From an uncultured Alphaproteobacteria bacterium (GTDB lineage: Bacteria > Pseudomonadota > Alphaproteobacteria > CAAHEQ01 > UBA3637), in contig CALXXA010000002.1 of NCBI GenBank assembly GCA_944392585.1, positions 1-58,427 on the forward strand: a stretch of DNA of 58,427 nt. The letters are read 5' to 3'. Below the pieces are notes generated by a model. It was not told the origin of the DNA and made no database searches. It worked only from the letters and a program-made list of their open reading frames with translations. The number at the start of each line of letters is the position of its first letter. Position 1 is the first letter of the stretch. Below are positions 20,450-32,012 of this stretch, piece by piece. Made by a program: the position numbers and the translations under genes.

Positions 20450-22273
20450 TTATTTTGATTGAAACAAGAGATGTTTGTTTGTATTAATCGGAGGTAGTCC
20501 TTTTTCAATTTTTTCATCAATTTTTGATTTTAAAAAGTCATTATTAGACTGTTTTAAGCTCCGCGCGTGAGACCACTGAAATCGAGCTTCTCTAAAACGC
20601 CCCAAACGCCAATAGAGATCTCCCAAATGATCATTAATGATAGCGTTTCCTGCTTCTTTTTCCACAGCTTTTTCCATAATCGGCAAAGCGCTCTGATAAT
20701 CTCCGATCATATAATAAGCCCATCCAAGACTATCTAAAATATTTCCGTCATCAGGCAGTTGTTTAACTGCATCTTGAATCATTTTGATAGCTTGAGATAG
20801 ATTCTTATTTCGTTCGATCCAGACATATCCTAGGTAGTTAAGATAAATAGGATTTTGAGGATTTAAAGAGACCGCTTTTTGTAATAACTCATCAGTTTTA
20901 TCCAACTGATTTAAGCGTTCGTAACAAACGCCCATATTAAAGTATAAAATAGCTACCTGAGGATCTTCTTTAAGTTTAAAGGTCTGTAAAGAAAGTTCAT
21001 AAGAATCTAAAGCCTTTTGATATTGCTGCATATCTCTAAATAAATCTCCCTGCGTCATGTAATAAATAGGAATATTAGGAAATTCATCAATCAAACGCGT
21101 CAATTCTTTTTGAGCATCTTCAAAACGTCCCATTTTATGTAAACTTAAAATCAACCTTAGTTGCATAGATCGATATAAGTCTTTATCCCTTGGAACAGAT
21201 AAGTAAACTTCGTTAGCCATTTCTTGTTGCCCCATAGCTTCTAACACTTCAGCTAAGAATAACTTATGAATGGAAGAATCGGGAGTAAGATATAACGCTA
21301 ATTGAATTAAATAAAGAGTGACCTCATAATTATCCACCTGACTGATCAAACTTCCTATATCAAAGAAAACCATGGAAACGCCATCGTCCGCGCTTAAAGC
21401 ACGGTATTTCTCCTGAGGATTAGTCATCATATCTTTAGAAACAAAACTTACATTCTGCATTTCCTCATAAGTTTTAAGGAAATCTGAATGAGAAGATAAT
21501 TGATTTGTACGTTTAAAAAAACTATAAATAACCAACATACTTTGCAAAGAAGGTGTTTTTTCTAAATGAAGGAGCTGTTCAAAAGCCTTTGTTGCTTTAG
21601 CATTTTCTCCGAAATAGTCTAGTATCAGACCTTTATGGAGAAAGTAATAGATTTCAAAACCTTGAATTTTCGAAAGAGGTTCCAAAGCTGTTAAAGCTCT
21701 TTTTTTATTATTTTCACCCACATAAGTCCATGCTTCAAGCAACGGGAGTAAAGAGATTTGAAAAAACTCATTTTTCTTATCACTTACCTTTTGAGCAAGT
21801 AAATTTCTGGCCTCTTTATACTTTTTTTGTTTAATTAAATCCGAAAATAAAACGAGCCTCGGTAAAATATCTTCATGATTTTGTTCACAAGCCGTTATAA
21901 CATACGGGACGGCCTCTTGAACATGCCCTGACAAAACATACATTAGATAAGTATTCGTAATCAAATCGGAACTTTCCGGATCATTTTTTAACGCTTTTGC
22001 GTAAAAATCAGCTGATTGATTAAAATCATTTTGTGTCTTTGCAACCAAAGCCGCCAAGAAAGATCCGAAATCTGCGGTACTTGGAACTTCTCTATATTTT
22101 CTATTACCTATTGCATTATAAAAAGCTTGATCCATTTCGCTCATTGTGTTTCCAGTTTCAGGTGAAAGCGTCTCCTTTTTTTCATGCGGAACAGAAAAAT
22201 AAACACATGCTGATAAGATCACACTTATCAGCACAAACAAACAAACAGTTCTTTTTTTCATTTCATAAAACAC
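20450..22273 (-). CDS. TPR repeat lipoprotein
   Basis: 607 aa. Lipobox-like VILSAC near the N-terminus, and many TPR-like units in the C-terminal half (e.g. AILYFNMGVCYERLNQLDKTDELLQKAVSLNPQN). Confidence 0.75.
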   Translation of the reverse strand: MFYEMKKRTVCLFVLISVILSACVYFSVPHEKKETLSPETGNTMSEMDQAFYNAIGNRKYREVPSTADFGSFLAALVAKTQNDFNQSADFYAKALKNDPESSDLITNTYLMYVLSGHVQEAVPYVITACEQNHEDILPRLVLFSDLIKQKKYKEARNLLAQKVSDKKNEFFQISLLPLLEAWTYVGENNKKRALTALEPLSKIQGFEIYYFLHKGLILDYFGENAKATKAFEQLLHLEKTPSLQSMLVIYSFFKRTNQLSSHSDFLKTYEEMQNVSFVSKDMMTNPQEKYRALSADDGVSMVFFDIGSLISQVDNYEVTLYLIQLALYLTPDSSIHKLFLAEVLEAMGQQEMANEVYLSVPRDKDLYRSMQLRLILSLHKMGRFEDAQKELTRLIDEFPNIPIYYMTQGDLFRDMQQYQKALDSYELSLQTFKLKEDPQVAILYFNMGVCYERLNQLDKTDELLQKAVSLNPQNPIYLNYLGYVWIERNKNLSQAIKMIQDAVKQLPDDGNILDSLGWAYYMIGDYQSALPIMEKAVEKEAGNAIINDHLGDLYWRLGRFREARFQWSHARSLKQSNNDFLKSKIDEKIEKGLPPINTNKHLLFQSK

Positions 22274-22368
22274 TTTTTATATTTTAGACTCGTCATTTTC
22301 CTGAAAACAGTGTATAGTATAGTAAAAAATAAATAGAAATACAGCCTTTTTTAATTAAACCGACAAAA

Positions 22369-23151
22369 ATGAACTTAAAAAAAGAAATTTTAGAATGGTA
22401 CGTAACGGCCGGAGTAACCGAAACAATAGGAGAATATCCTCTTAATCGTTTGACACCGCCTAAAGAAAAAGTTCTTTTACCCCCCCCTTTACCCGAACAA
22501 GGTTCCTCTCGAAAAACAAATTTAGAATCTGACAATTTTTTGCAAGATGCCATTGAGCTGGCGAAATCAGCTCAAACTCTAGAAGAGCTCCATCGAATAC
22601 TTATGAATTTTAATGGATGTACATTAAAAAAGACGGCTAAAAATACTGTCTTCGGAGAAGGGCCTCAAAACGCTCCCGTCATGTTTGTCGGAGAGGCTCC
22701 GGGAGCCGATGAAGATCGTTTGGGAAGACCTTTTGTCGGAGTCAGCGGTCAATTATTAGATAAAATCATGGCCTCCGTCGGATTAGATCGTAAGAAAAAT
22801 GCTTATATTTCAAACATTATCCCATGGAGACCCCCTGGAAATCGTAGTCCTTCCGATTCTGAAATTTCTTTATGTATGCCCTTCATTGAACGACATATTG
22901 AGTTGTTATGTCCTAAAATTCTTGTCTTAGTCGGAGGCGTTTCAATGAATGCTCTACTCAGACAAAATTCCGGAATTATGAAAGTACGTGGAAATTGGAC
23001 ATCTTATCAAACATCCCGAATGAAGCATCCTATCCCTGCTATTGCTATTTTCCATACCGCTTTTCTTCTAAGGAATCCCATCCAGAAACGCTTGATTTGG
23101 AAAGATATCTTAACCATTCGTCAAAAAATGGAAGAGCTTGGTATCGTATAA
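22369..23151 (+). CDS. uracil-DNA glycosylase, family 4
   Basis: 260 aa. Motif GEAPGADEDRLGRPFVGVSGQLL and the C-terminal HTAFLLRNP motif, with the N-terminal extension common in alphaproteobacteria. Confidence 0.85.
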   Translation: MNLKKEILEWYVTAGVTETIGEYPLNRLTPPKEKVLLPPPLPEQGSSRKTNLESDNFLQDAIELAKSAQTLEELHRILMNFNGCTLKKTAKNTVFGEGPQNAPVMFVGEAPGADEDRLGRPFVGVSGQLLDKIMASVGLDRKKNAYISNIIPWRPPGNRSPSDSEISLCMPFIERHIELLCPKILVLVGGVSMNALLRQNSGIMKVRGNWTSYQTSRMKHPIPAIAIFHTAFLLRNPIQKRLIWKDILTIRQKMEELGIV

Positions 23152-23265
23152 TATCTCCCGATTCCATATAAATTAGACCAGCCATAAGAAGCTCTTAAAA
23201 AATTCCCATTGAAAAAAAAAGAAACTTTCGTTATCTTTAAATAAAAAAGATGAAAGAAATATGTT

Positions 23266-23454
23266 ATGAAAACTTTTAAAACAGCATTAGAATCTTTAGA
23301 TTTATCTCTTCAAAAACTGGAAGATGCTGTCGTGCTTGTCAAAAACAAACGTATTGAAGACTCTGAAAAAATAACTTCTTTACATGAAGTCATCGTAAAT
23401 ACCTATACTCAAATAGATCATGCCCTTTCTCACCTGAAAAACGGAGACGGCTAA
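23266..23454 (+). CDS. small coiled-coil protein (DUF4164/ZauP-like ZapA partner)
   Basis: 62 aa, predicted coiled coil. Its stop overlaps the zapA start (TAATG). The position matches the alphaproteobacterial ZauP-ZapA gene pair. Confidence 0.5.
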   Translation: MKTFKTALESLDLSLQKLEDAVVLVKNKRIEDSEKITSLHEVIVNTYTQIDHALSHLKNGDG

Positions 23455-23768
23455 TGGCAGTCGTGACTTTCAAAATAGCCGGACGCCCTTATAAAATCGC
23501 TTGCGCCGACGGACAAGAAAATCATATTTTAGAATTAGCTCGTTTTTTAGACTCTAAAGCAAACACTTTAATATCCAATATTGGATTTATTCCTGAAGGG
23601 CAACTCCTCGCCATGGTCAGCATTTTAATTTCCGAAGAACTGATTAACGAGAGAAAAAAAACAGAAATTCCTCCATTCGATTCGGAAAAGGAAAATCAAC
23701 TCACCCAGCACATCAATAATTTGGCTATTCGTATTTCTGAGCTCGCAGATATTTTAAAAAAGATCTAA
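23454..23768 (+). CDS. zapA: cell division protein ZapA
   Basis: 104 aa. N-terminus VTFKIAGRPYKIACADGQENHILELARFLDSK fits the ZapA fold signature. Confidence 0.75.
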   Translation: MAVVTFKIAGRPYKIACADGQENHILELARFLDSKANTLISNIGFIPEGQLLAMVSILISEELINERKKTEIPPFDSEKENQLTQHINNLAIRISELADILKKI

Positions 23769-23904
23769 TTAAAATCATTCTTTTCAAAACTTAAGAATCA
23801 TGAAAATTTAAAATTCTCTTAAATAATCTCCTATAAATACCTTATGGAATAAGATAGTCTTACTCAGAGAATCAATAATTTTCCTTTATGTTTTTTAACT
23901 CGTT

Positions 23905-25185
23905 TTATGATTTTTTCACTCTTTTCGTCTTTTTTAAAACAGCATTTTCTTTTTCTTCCAACCAAAAGAAACATTTACCTTGAACAACAGAGCTGGCAAC
24001 ACACGCTCCCACAAATAAAACACTTCCGACAAAGAGCCATAAATACATAGGGAAAACCTCAATAATGATTTGTCCGACGACGCCCCATACTTGTCCTAGG
24101 AAAAACATAACGCCCACTATAATCAACAATGGCTTAAACTGTCTTTTTATTAAACTCGATATTTCACCAAAGCGGAGAAAGGAACGAATTTGCCATGTTT
24201 TTAAAAAATAGTAAACAGCGGCTTGATTATAAAGGAGAAGAGTTAAAAACGCCCCTACAAAAGCACATATTCCCAGAAACACCTGCGCAAAAATAACAAC
24301 CGGTTTAATAAATGGGATAAAATACAACACGGATAAAAGAACAATCGGCAATGCAAATAAAACAAATATTCCTACATAAACCATCATGCTTATAATAAAA
24401 ACGCCAATATATTTAAAGACTAACATTAAAATTGTCTTAAAGTCAGCCATCTGATTAGGAAGCCATGACTTCCCATTTTTAAAATCCATTACTCCTGATG
24501 AAAATTTCATTGTTTTTTGAACAAGCAACCATTGATATCCTTGAAAAAAAACAAAACCCACTAAAGCCGAAAAAACCAACCATCCCCAATTCCAAGAACT
24601 TTCTCCATAATCTCGGAAGCTTTGAACAATCAAACTTACATTTGTTCCCTCTTTAGGATAATACAATGAAAAATAAAGGAAAAACACATCTAATAGATGA
24701 CTTATCAAAATAGCAATCGGACGAATTGCAATAATCGGAACTAAAATCCACCAAGAAAGAAAAATCTTTAAAAAGCTTTTTAAATCAACGTCTATTCCAT
24801 TTTTTCTTTTTTTATTTAAAGGTTTATTTAATATATTAGGTTTCCCAAAACGATTTTCCTTTTTAGATCCTTTCTGAATAAAGAAAACAAGTAAGACGAT
24901 AAATCCGATCAAAGGAAGCAAAAAGATTAAAATCCACCACGCAGATCTATCTGTATCATGCAAGCGCCTGGCTGAAAGCGCCAAGAACGGCAAAAAAACA
25001 GCTATTGAATAAATACTTAACAACACCGGAAGATAAACAATAGACGCCAAAAAACTAACGAAACTCGTGACAAAGAAATTCATCAAAACAAAAAGCCAAA
25101 ACTCCGATCGTGCGGCACGCCCGGTAAAGGTAACATAATTTCTTAAGACATTCACATAATTTTGAGTAATACTTTGTTTTATCAT
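23905..25185 (-). CDS. DUF805 domain membrane protein with long polytopic C-terminal extension
   Basis: 426 aa. The N-terminal roughly 115 aa carry the DUF805 pattern (GRAARSEFWLF...ARRLHDTDRSAWW). They are followed by about 300 aa holding some 6-8 further hydrophobic helices. Confidence 0.7.
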   Translation of the reverse strand: MIKQSITQNYVNVLRNYVTFTGRAARSEFWLFVLMNFFVTSFVSFLASIVYLPVLLSIYSIAVFLPFLALSARRLHDTDRSAWWILIFLLPLIGFIVLLVFFIQKGSKKENRFGKPNILNKPLNKKRKNGIDVDLKSFLKIFLSWWILVPIIAIRPIAILISHLLDVFFLYFSLYYPKEGTNVSLIVQSFRDYGESSWNWGWLVFSALVGFVFFQGYQWLLVQKTMKFSSGVMDFKNGKSWLPNQMADFKTILMLVFKYIGVFIISMMVYVGIFVLFALPIVLLSVLYFIPFIKPVVIFAQVFLGICAFVGAFLTLLLYNQAAVYYFLKTWQIRSFLRFGEISSLIKRQFKPLLIIVGVMFFLGQVWGVVGQIIIEVFPMYLWLFVGSVLFVGACVASSVVQGKCFFWLEEKENAVLKKTKRVKKS

Positions 25186-25247
25186 TTTTCATCCATTAAA
25201 GGTTTAAGTGTATCTAGTCCTTATAACATAATCAAAAATATTTGCAA

Positions 25248-25282
25248 GAAAAATAAAAACCCTCCTTTCTGAGGAGGGTTTT
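25248..25282 (-). terminator. rho-independent terminator of groESL
   Basis: aaaccctcct / aggagggttt stem (25256-25282) with a 5-nt loop, followed on the minus strand by a T-rich run. It lies 16 nt downstream of the groEL stop. Confidence 0.75.
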
Positions 25283-25297
25283 ATCAGATTTGTTTTT

Positions 25298-27245
<1,948 letters not shown>

Positions 27246-27307
27246 TTTCTTTCCTTTCTTTTATAATTAATCAACTTGTTTACCTTATAGCTAAAGGTAG
27301 TAGTTAT

Positions 27308-27336
27308 CAAATAGTATGATTTTATCTTTTCGTCAA
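27308..27336 (-). promoter_or_regulatory. candidate groESL promoter
   Basis: On the minus strand, TTGACG (27331-27336), a 17-nt spacer, then TATTTG (27308-27313), about 60 nt upstream of the groES ATG. No CIRCE inverted repeat is visible. Confidence 0.3.
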
Positions 27337-27440
27337 GAGAAGCCTTCAAAAAAAAACAAAATATTTTTAAAAAGCCCTGGATTTTTTTATTTTTCTTATT
27401 TACCATAGTCCATTATCTTATTTTTAGGGAGAATTTATTT

Positions 27441-28358
27441 ATGTTAGAAAATATTGAATTTATTATTCCTTGCGCCGGGAAAAGCACCAGAAATTATCCT
27501 CAGTCAAAAGGAATTGCTCATAAGTCGTTGTTACCTTTCGGTTCCATTAGGCTCATTGATCATGTTCTCAAACAAATTTTCGAGGCCGGAGGACGTTATA
27601 TTACAATCGTTTGTTCTAATCAAGAAACAGTAGATAATTTCAAAGACGCTTTAGCTCCCTGTCCTGACATAGAAGCAAAGCTTCGAGAAAAAGGACGTAT
27701 TGGAATCGCTGATGCTCTTAAATCGACCGAAATTCCTCAAGATGCTCGCATTCAATATGTCATACAGAAAAAACCTCTCGGAACATCTCATGTTCTAGGA
27801 CTGGCTCACAAACTTTCTAAAGACAAACATGCCTGTATGATTTTCCCTGATGATATTTATATCGATAAAGATCCTACAAACAGCCATTTAAAAAAAATGA
27901 TTGATACTTTTTTAATTGATGAAAAACAAATCCTGCTAACGGGTATTTGGCAAGAGGATGTTCGTAATAATGCTATCATTGACAATGGTCGTTTAATTGA
28001 AAAGCCTTTAAATCCGACAAATAATATCGGCGGCTTTTCTCCGATGATGATACCGAAACCTATTTTAGACTATATGGAAAGTAAAGTCGAAGGATTGGAA
28101 AACGGAACATTCAAACCATTTCTTGTCAGCAACGAATGGGTTTATACGGATGGAATTAATCGTTTCCTGGATATGCAAGAAGGTTTGTCTTCTTATGAAC
28201 TTCGTATGTTTTTAAAAGACGAAGACGACTTGTTTATGGACACAGGAGCATTGCCGTTATATGAGCATGCCCTATTGCATTCGTTGCTCTTTGTATCCGT
28301 TTATAAAGAAAAAAACATGAAGTATATTAAAGATATATTAGGGAAAGATCTTTCTTAA
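27441..28358 (+). CDS. sugar-phosphate nucleotidyltransferase (GalU/GlgC-like fold)
   Basis: 305 aa. N-terminal IIPCAGKSTRNYPQSKGIAHKSLLPF matches the NTP-transferase G-x-G-T-R loop region. Confidence 0.7.
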   Translation: MLENIEFIIPCAGKSTRNYPQSKGIAHKSLLPFGSIRLIDHVLKQIFEAGGRYITIVCSNQETVDNFKDALAPCPDIEAKLREKGRIGIADALKSTEIPQDARIQYVIQKKPLGTSHVLGLAHKLSKDKHACMIFPDDIYIDKDPTNSHLKKMIDTFLIDEKQILLTGIWQEDVRNNAIIDNGRLIEKPLNPTNNIGGFSPMMIPKPILDYMESKVEGLENGTFKPFLVSNEWVYTDGINRFLDMQEGLSSYELRMFLKDEDDLFMDTGALPLYEHALLHSLLFVSVYKEKNMKYIKDILGKDLS

Positions 28359-28464
28359 CAACTAAAAAAAGAAAACACCTTTTAAATCTTTTTTTATGTT
28401 CTTGGAGTAAAATTCGAAAGATGTTAATCAAAAGAGTAAAATCTTTTGCTTTCAAAAAGATTAT

Positions 28465-29370
28465 TTAATAACCTTTTAATCTTTCTTCAAAAGATCCTGG
28501 TAAAAAATCGATCAAAGGACGTTCTATAAATGTAAAGGCTCCGTATTGAGCATTTTGTTTTGCACGATATGCTGCACGAGCGGAAGCTATTAAAACATTT
28601 GCCGTCATCATAGGATTTATACCCTCAACAGAATATGCCTGCCGAATATTACGAGTCAACCGCTCCAATTCTCCGCCATGATTCATAGTATCAAAAAGAC
28701 TAATGTCTTCAACGGCGGTAACACTTGTATCATCATGGACAAAATAAGGATCTTGACAAATTTGATTTTTAATTTTCTCGAAATCTGCTCCCGGCATAAG
28801 CTCGATATAAACCTTCCGTTTATGACATCCTGCTCCATTTGGTAAAGTTAACGACACGGCGTTTTTCACTCCGTCAATAGCTTTAACGGCAGCGGTATGT
28901 CCCATACTGCGTCCGCCTTTAGTTCCGCCAAACGTCGTTGTTGTCTGTCCGTCTGGAGAAATTAAACGCAAAATAGTTCGAATAGCAGAATCTGTTCCGG
29001 GATCCCACCCTGCTCCGAAAATAGATACTGTTTTATATTGAATAGCTAATGGATGTAAGTCTTTTTTTACTGCTTGTATATGATCATGAACATCAAAACT
29101 ATCAACGGTTGGGATTCCTTTTGAAATTATTTCTTTAACTTTCCCTGGAGCCTCTCTACTGGGAACGGAAACGACAGCAACATCTATGTCTTTTAGGGCA
29201 TCAATATCTGTTACAACACAAACACCCTTTAACTCATCTTTGTCTTTATCGACGGATTGAAGACGTCTAACAACGCCCGACAGTTCTACATCTGGAGCGT
29301 TCTCAACAGCTTGTTTACAAAAACGACCTACATTACCCCATCCAATGATTGCAATTTTTATTTTTCTCAT
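28465..29370 (-). CDS. ddh: meso-diaminopimelate D-dehydrogenase
   Basis: 301 aa. IKIAIIGWGNVGR Rossmann start, GAGWDPG, HKRKVYIEL, MNHGG and GAFTFIE all parallel motifs I recall from the Corynebacterium Ddh sequence. Confidence 0.8.
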   Translation of the reverse strand: MRKIKIAIIGWGNVGRFCKQAVENAPDVELSGVVRRLQSVDKDKDELKGVCVVTDIDALKDIDVAVVSVPSREAPGKVKEIISKGIPTVDSFDVHDHIQAVKKDLHPLAIQYKTVSIFGAGWDPGTDSAIRTILRLISPDGQTTTTFGGTKGGRSMGHTAAVKAIDGVKNAVSLTLPNGAGCHKRKVYIELMPGADFEKIKNQICQDPYFVHDDTSVTAVEDISLFDTMNHGGELERLTRNIRQAYSVEGINPMMTANVLIASARAAYRAKQNAQYGAFTFIERPLIDFLPGSFEERLKGY

Positions 29371-29373
29371 AAT

Positions 29374-30831
29374 TTACCTTTTTGTCGATTGATATAAGCT
29401 TAAATAAGCTCTTGCAGAACGTCCCCATGAAAAATCTTGATTCATTGCTTCTTTAATCATACCATCTATATGTTCCGGACGATCATAGTATGTTGAGTTT
29501 GCCCAACCGATTGTATTATATAAAGCTGAAGCCGAAATATCATAGAATTTAAATCCAGTCCCTGTCCCGTTTACCTCATTATAATTTTGAACAGTATCCG
29601 CCAAACCTCCGGTTGATCTTACTATAGGCAACGTCCCATATAATTGACTATACATTTGTTTCAACCCACATGGTTCATAAATAGAAGGAATAAGCGTAAA
29701 ATCACTTCCCGCATCTATTAAATGTTCTGTTGCCCCATGAAATCTACTGACGCTAATCTGCCCAGGATAATAATTAGGCAAATTCCCTAAATAGGCCTCT
29801 GCCCACAACTCTCCATCGCCCATAACTATGAATTGCGCCTGCATATTTTTTAAAACACCTTCTATACACTCGGTAAACATACGAATGCCTTTTTGTTCAG
29901 ACAACCGAACAACCATTGAAAATAAAGGCATATTATTATGAGAAAGACCAAATTTATCTCTCAGTACTTTTTTATTTTCCTGCTTCCCTTGCTTATATGT
30001 CTTAATGTTATATGGATACGCTATATGAGGATCTTGTGCAGGATCCCACAAATCCACATCGATTCCATTTAGTATTCCCGACAAATCACTTTGACGTTCT
30101 TTCAACAACCAATCTAAACCCGCTCCTCCCATTGGCGTTAAAATCTCTCTCGCATAATTCGGGCTGACTGTTGTTATTTTATCTGCGAATCGAATTCCGC
30201 CTTTTAACAAATTAACACGACCATAATTTTCGAAAGCCTCCATATTAAAATCCGCCCAATCTATTTTAGCATATGGAATAACCTCCGCATCATAAATCCC
30301 TTGATAAGGAAGATTATGTATTGTCAAAACACTTTTAGTCCCTTCAAAAAAAGAATCATGATCTTTTTTCAAATAGTATGGAATCAATGAGGTTTGCCAA
30401 TCATGCACATGGACAATGTCCGGCTTATAATTCATATCCTTTGCTAATTGTAACGCGGCTCTGCAAAAAAAAGCATACCGAAATGCGTTATCACGATATT
30501 CTTCGTGTGAATTTTTATCATCATAAACACCATATCTATCAAAGTATTTATGAAACTCAATAAAATATGCATCATAATGGCAGGGCGTTTCCGCATAATA
30601 CACACTATAAAACTCTTCACAATTACCCATCTTGACACAAGAACCGTCATACATCTTTGTCAAGTGATACTTTTCTCTGTTTATTAATGAATAAAGGGGC
30701 AAAATCAACTTAACTTGAGCCCCTTCTTTTTTCAAATACTTCGGTAACGCGGCAACAACATCTCCCAAACCGCCGGTTTTAATAAAAGGTGAAGCCTCGC
30801 TCCCTACAAAAAGTATCTTCATTTTTTTCAT
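29374..30831 (-). CDS. glgA: glycogen synthase (GT5)
   Basis: 485 aa. MKILFVGSEASPFIKTGGLGDVVAALPK, HDWQT, and the C-terminal PSIYEPCGLKQMY and TGGLADTV motifs. Confidence 0.9.
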   Translation of the reverse strand: MKKMKILFVGSEASPFIKTGGLGDVVAALPKYLKKEGAQVKLILPLYSLINREKYHLTKMYDGSCVKMGNCEEFYSVYYAETPCHYDAYFIEFHKYFDRYGVYDDKNSHEEYRDNAFRYAFFCRAALQLAKDMNYKPDIVHVHDWQTSLIPYYLKKDHDSFFEGTKSVLTIHNLPYQGIYDAEVIPYAKIDWADFNMEAFENYGRVNLLKGGIRFADKITTVSPNYAREILTPMGGAGLDWLLKERQSDLSGILNGIDVDLWDPAQDPHIAYPYNIKTYKQGKQENKKVLRDKFGLSHNNMPLFSMVVRLSEQKGIRMFTECIEGVLKNMQAQFIVMGDGELWAEAYLGNLPNYYPGQISVSRFHGATEHLIDAGSDFTLIPSIYEPCGLKQMYSQLYGTLPIVRSTGGLADTVQNYNEVNGTGTGFKFYDISASALYNTIGWANSTYYDRPEHIDGMIKEAMNQDFSWGRSARAYLSLYQSTKR

Positions 30832-30959
30832 CTTTCTCCCCTTGTCAACATTATTTTACTTATAACCGACTTTTTTTTTAAGAACAAGTATAAAAATTAA
30901 TATCTTCTTTATTTTTTTGCTTGTATGTAAAAATATTCTTTGTTATACTCCGCCCCTTT

Positions 30960-32006
30960 TTATGTACTTTGTTTTTCTTCCGAACTGATTTCCTCCTCAT
31001 CAAGCAGATCCTGTATAGAAAGACCTTCCGATTCACCTTTTAATCCTTGAAATTGATTCCTCAAAAAATCTTCTAAATCAGAATCTTTTAAAACAAAACC
31101 GTTTTCTTTCTCTTGCTCTTCTTTAAGAGTATCCGCATTTAATAACTCTCCTCCTATAATTAACAAAACAGGACAAACAAATGCCCCCTCTTCCTTCATT
31201 CTCAAAACATGTGCCGCCTTACATAGCTGGTGAAAAGGTGATATAATTTGATCTTCCGCAGAATACCATTTTGGCAGTTCACTTTTTTTAAAAGAAGTAT
31301 CTTCTACAATCCATTCCGTTCCCGGTTTATCAAAAAAATCAAAAAGAAATGCTTTTGTATCCGTTGCTAAAACAATCGGAACAATATAACCCTCTAAAGC
31401 AACATTTTTAAAGACCTCTACCCCATATTGCTGTGCTTCTTTCTCTAAATAATTCATCCTTTCTTGGATACTTGTCTGATCGGAAGAATCCTTCTCTTTC
31501 TGATCCGATGATTTATCTTTAAAAGACTGTACAGGAGACACCGGAACAAAAGATCCACGCCCTGTCATAGGCATCGCTCTTGGTCGGAGCATTTTTCTCT
31601 CAGAAATGAGGGGACTTTTATCTCCCTTTTGCTCTGATTTCCTTTTTATCCTCCATTTAATCCGGCACAATTTATACCAACCCCACGCACAAATAGGAAA
31701 AAATAAAAAGAAACAACTTAATATTGAAAAATCATACAAACTGTTAATTGTCCAATTTTCAAACATAAACGCTTTATATAATTTTATCCAATCCTCAAAA
31801 GGATTGTATAGAACCCATCCTTGCTGTCCTACATGGATAAAAAAAAGATTAAAAGGTGTAACACCATATAACTTACAAACAAAACCGCCGACCAAAATAG
31901 TATAAATAATAAACCATACAATCCCTATGGCCAGTCTTGATATAACTCTCATAAGCACATCCCTCCCATTTTTTTTTAATATATCAGGCGGCTTTAAAGA
32001 GTACAA
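30960..32006 (-). CDS. hypothetical membrane protein
   Basis: 348 aa. About three N-terminal TM helices, a Ser/Asp/Lys-rich linker and an acidic C-terminus. No family recognised. Confidence 0.5.
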   Translation of the reverse strand: MYSLKPPDILKKNGRDVLMRVISRLAIGIVWFIIYTILVGGFVCKLYGVTPFNLFFIHVGQQGWVLYNPFEDWIKLYKAFMFENWTINSLYDFSILSCFFLFFPICAWGWYKLCRIKWRIKRKSEQKGDKSPLISERKMLRPRAMPMTGRGSFVPVSPVQSFKDKSSDQKEKDSSDQTSIQERMNYLEKEAQQYGVEVFKNVALEGYIVPIVLATDTKAFLFDFFDKPGTEWIVEDTSFKKSELPKWYSAEDQIISPFHQLCKAAHVLRMKEEGAFVCPVLLIIGGELLNADTLKEEQEKENGFVLKDSDLEDFLRNQFQGLKGESEGLSIQDLLDEEEISSEEKQST

Positions 32007-32012
32007 GTTCTT

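Noticed and set aside
22293-22553. 86-aa minus-strand ORF overlapping the udg start
   Set aside because: It overlaps the well-supported udg N-terminus and the divergent promoter region, and it has no motif or RBS.
23769-23904. Possible 6S RNA (ssrS) downstream of zapA, as in the E. coli zapA-ssrS arrangement
   Set aside because: The spacer is only 136 nt and extremely AT-rich, and I see no long imperfect helix with a central bubble. It is too short and unstructured for a 6S RNA.
27246-27440. CIRCE (TTAGCACTC-N9-GAGTGCTAA) heat-shock operator upstream of groES
   Set aside because: No match to the CIRCE inverted repeat on either strand. Only a weak sigma70/sigma32-like promoter candidate is present.
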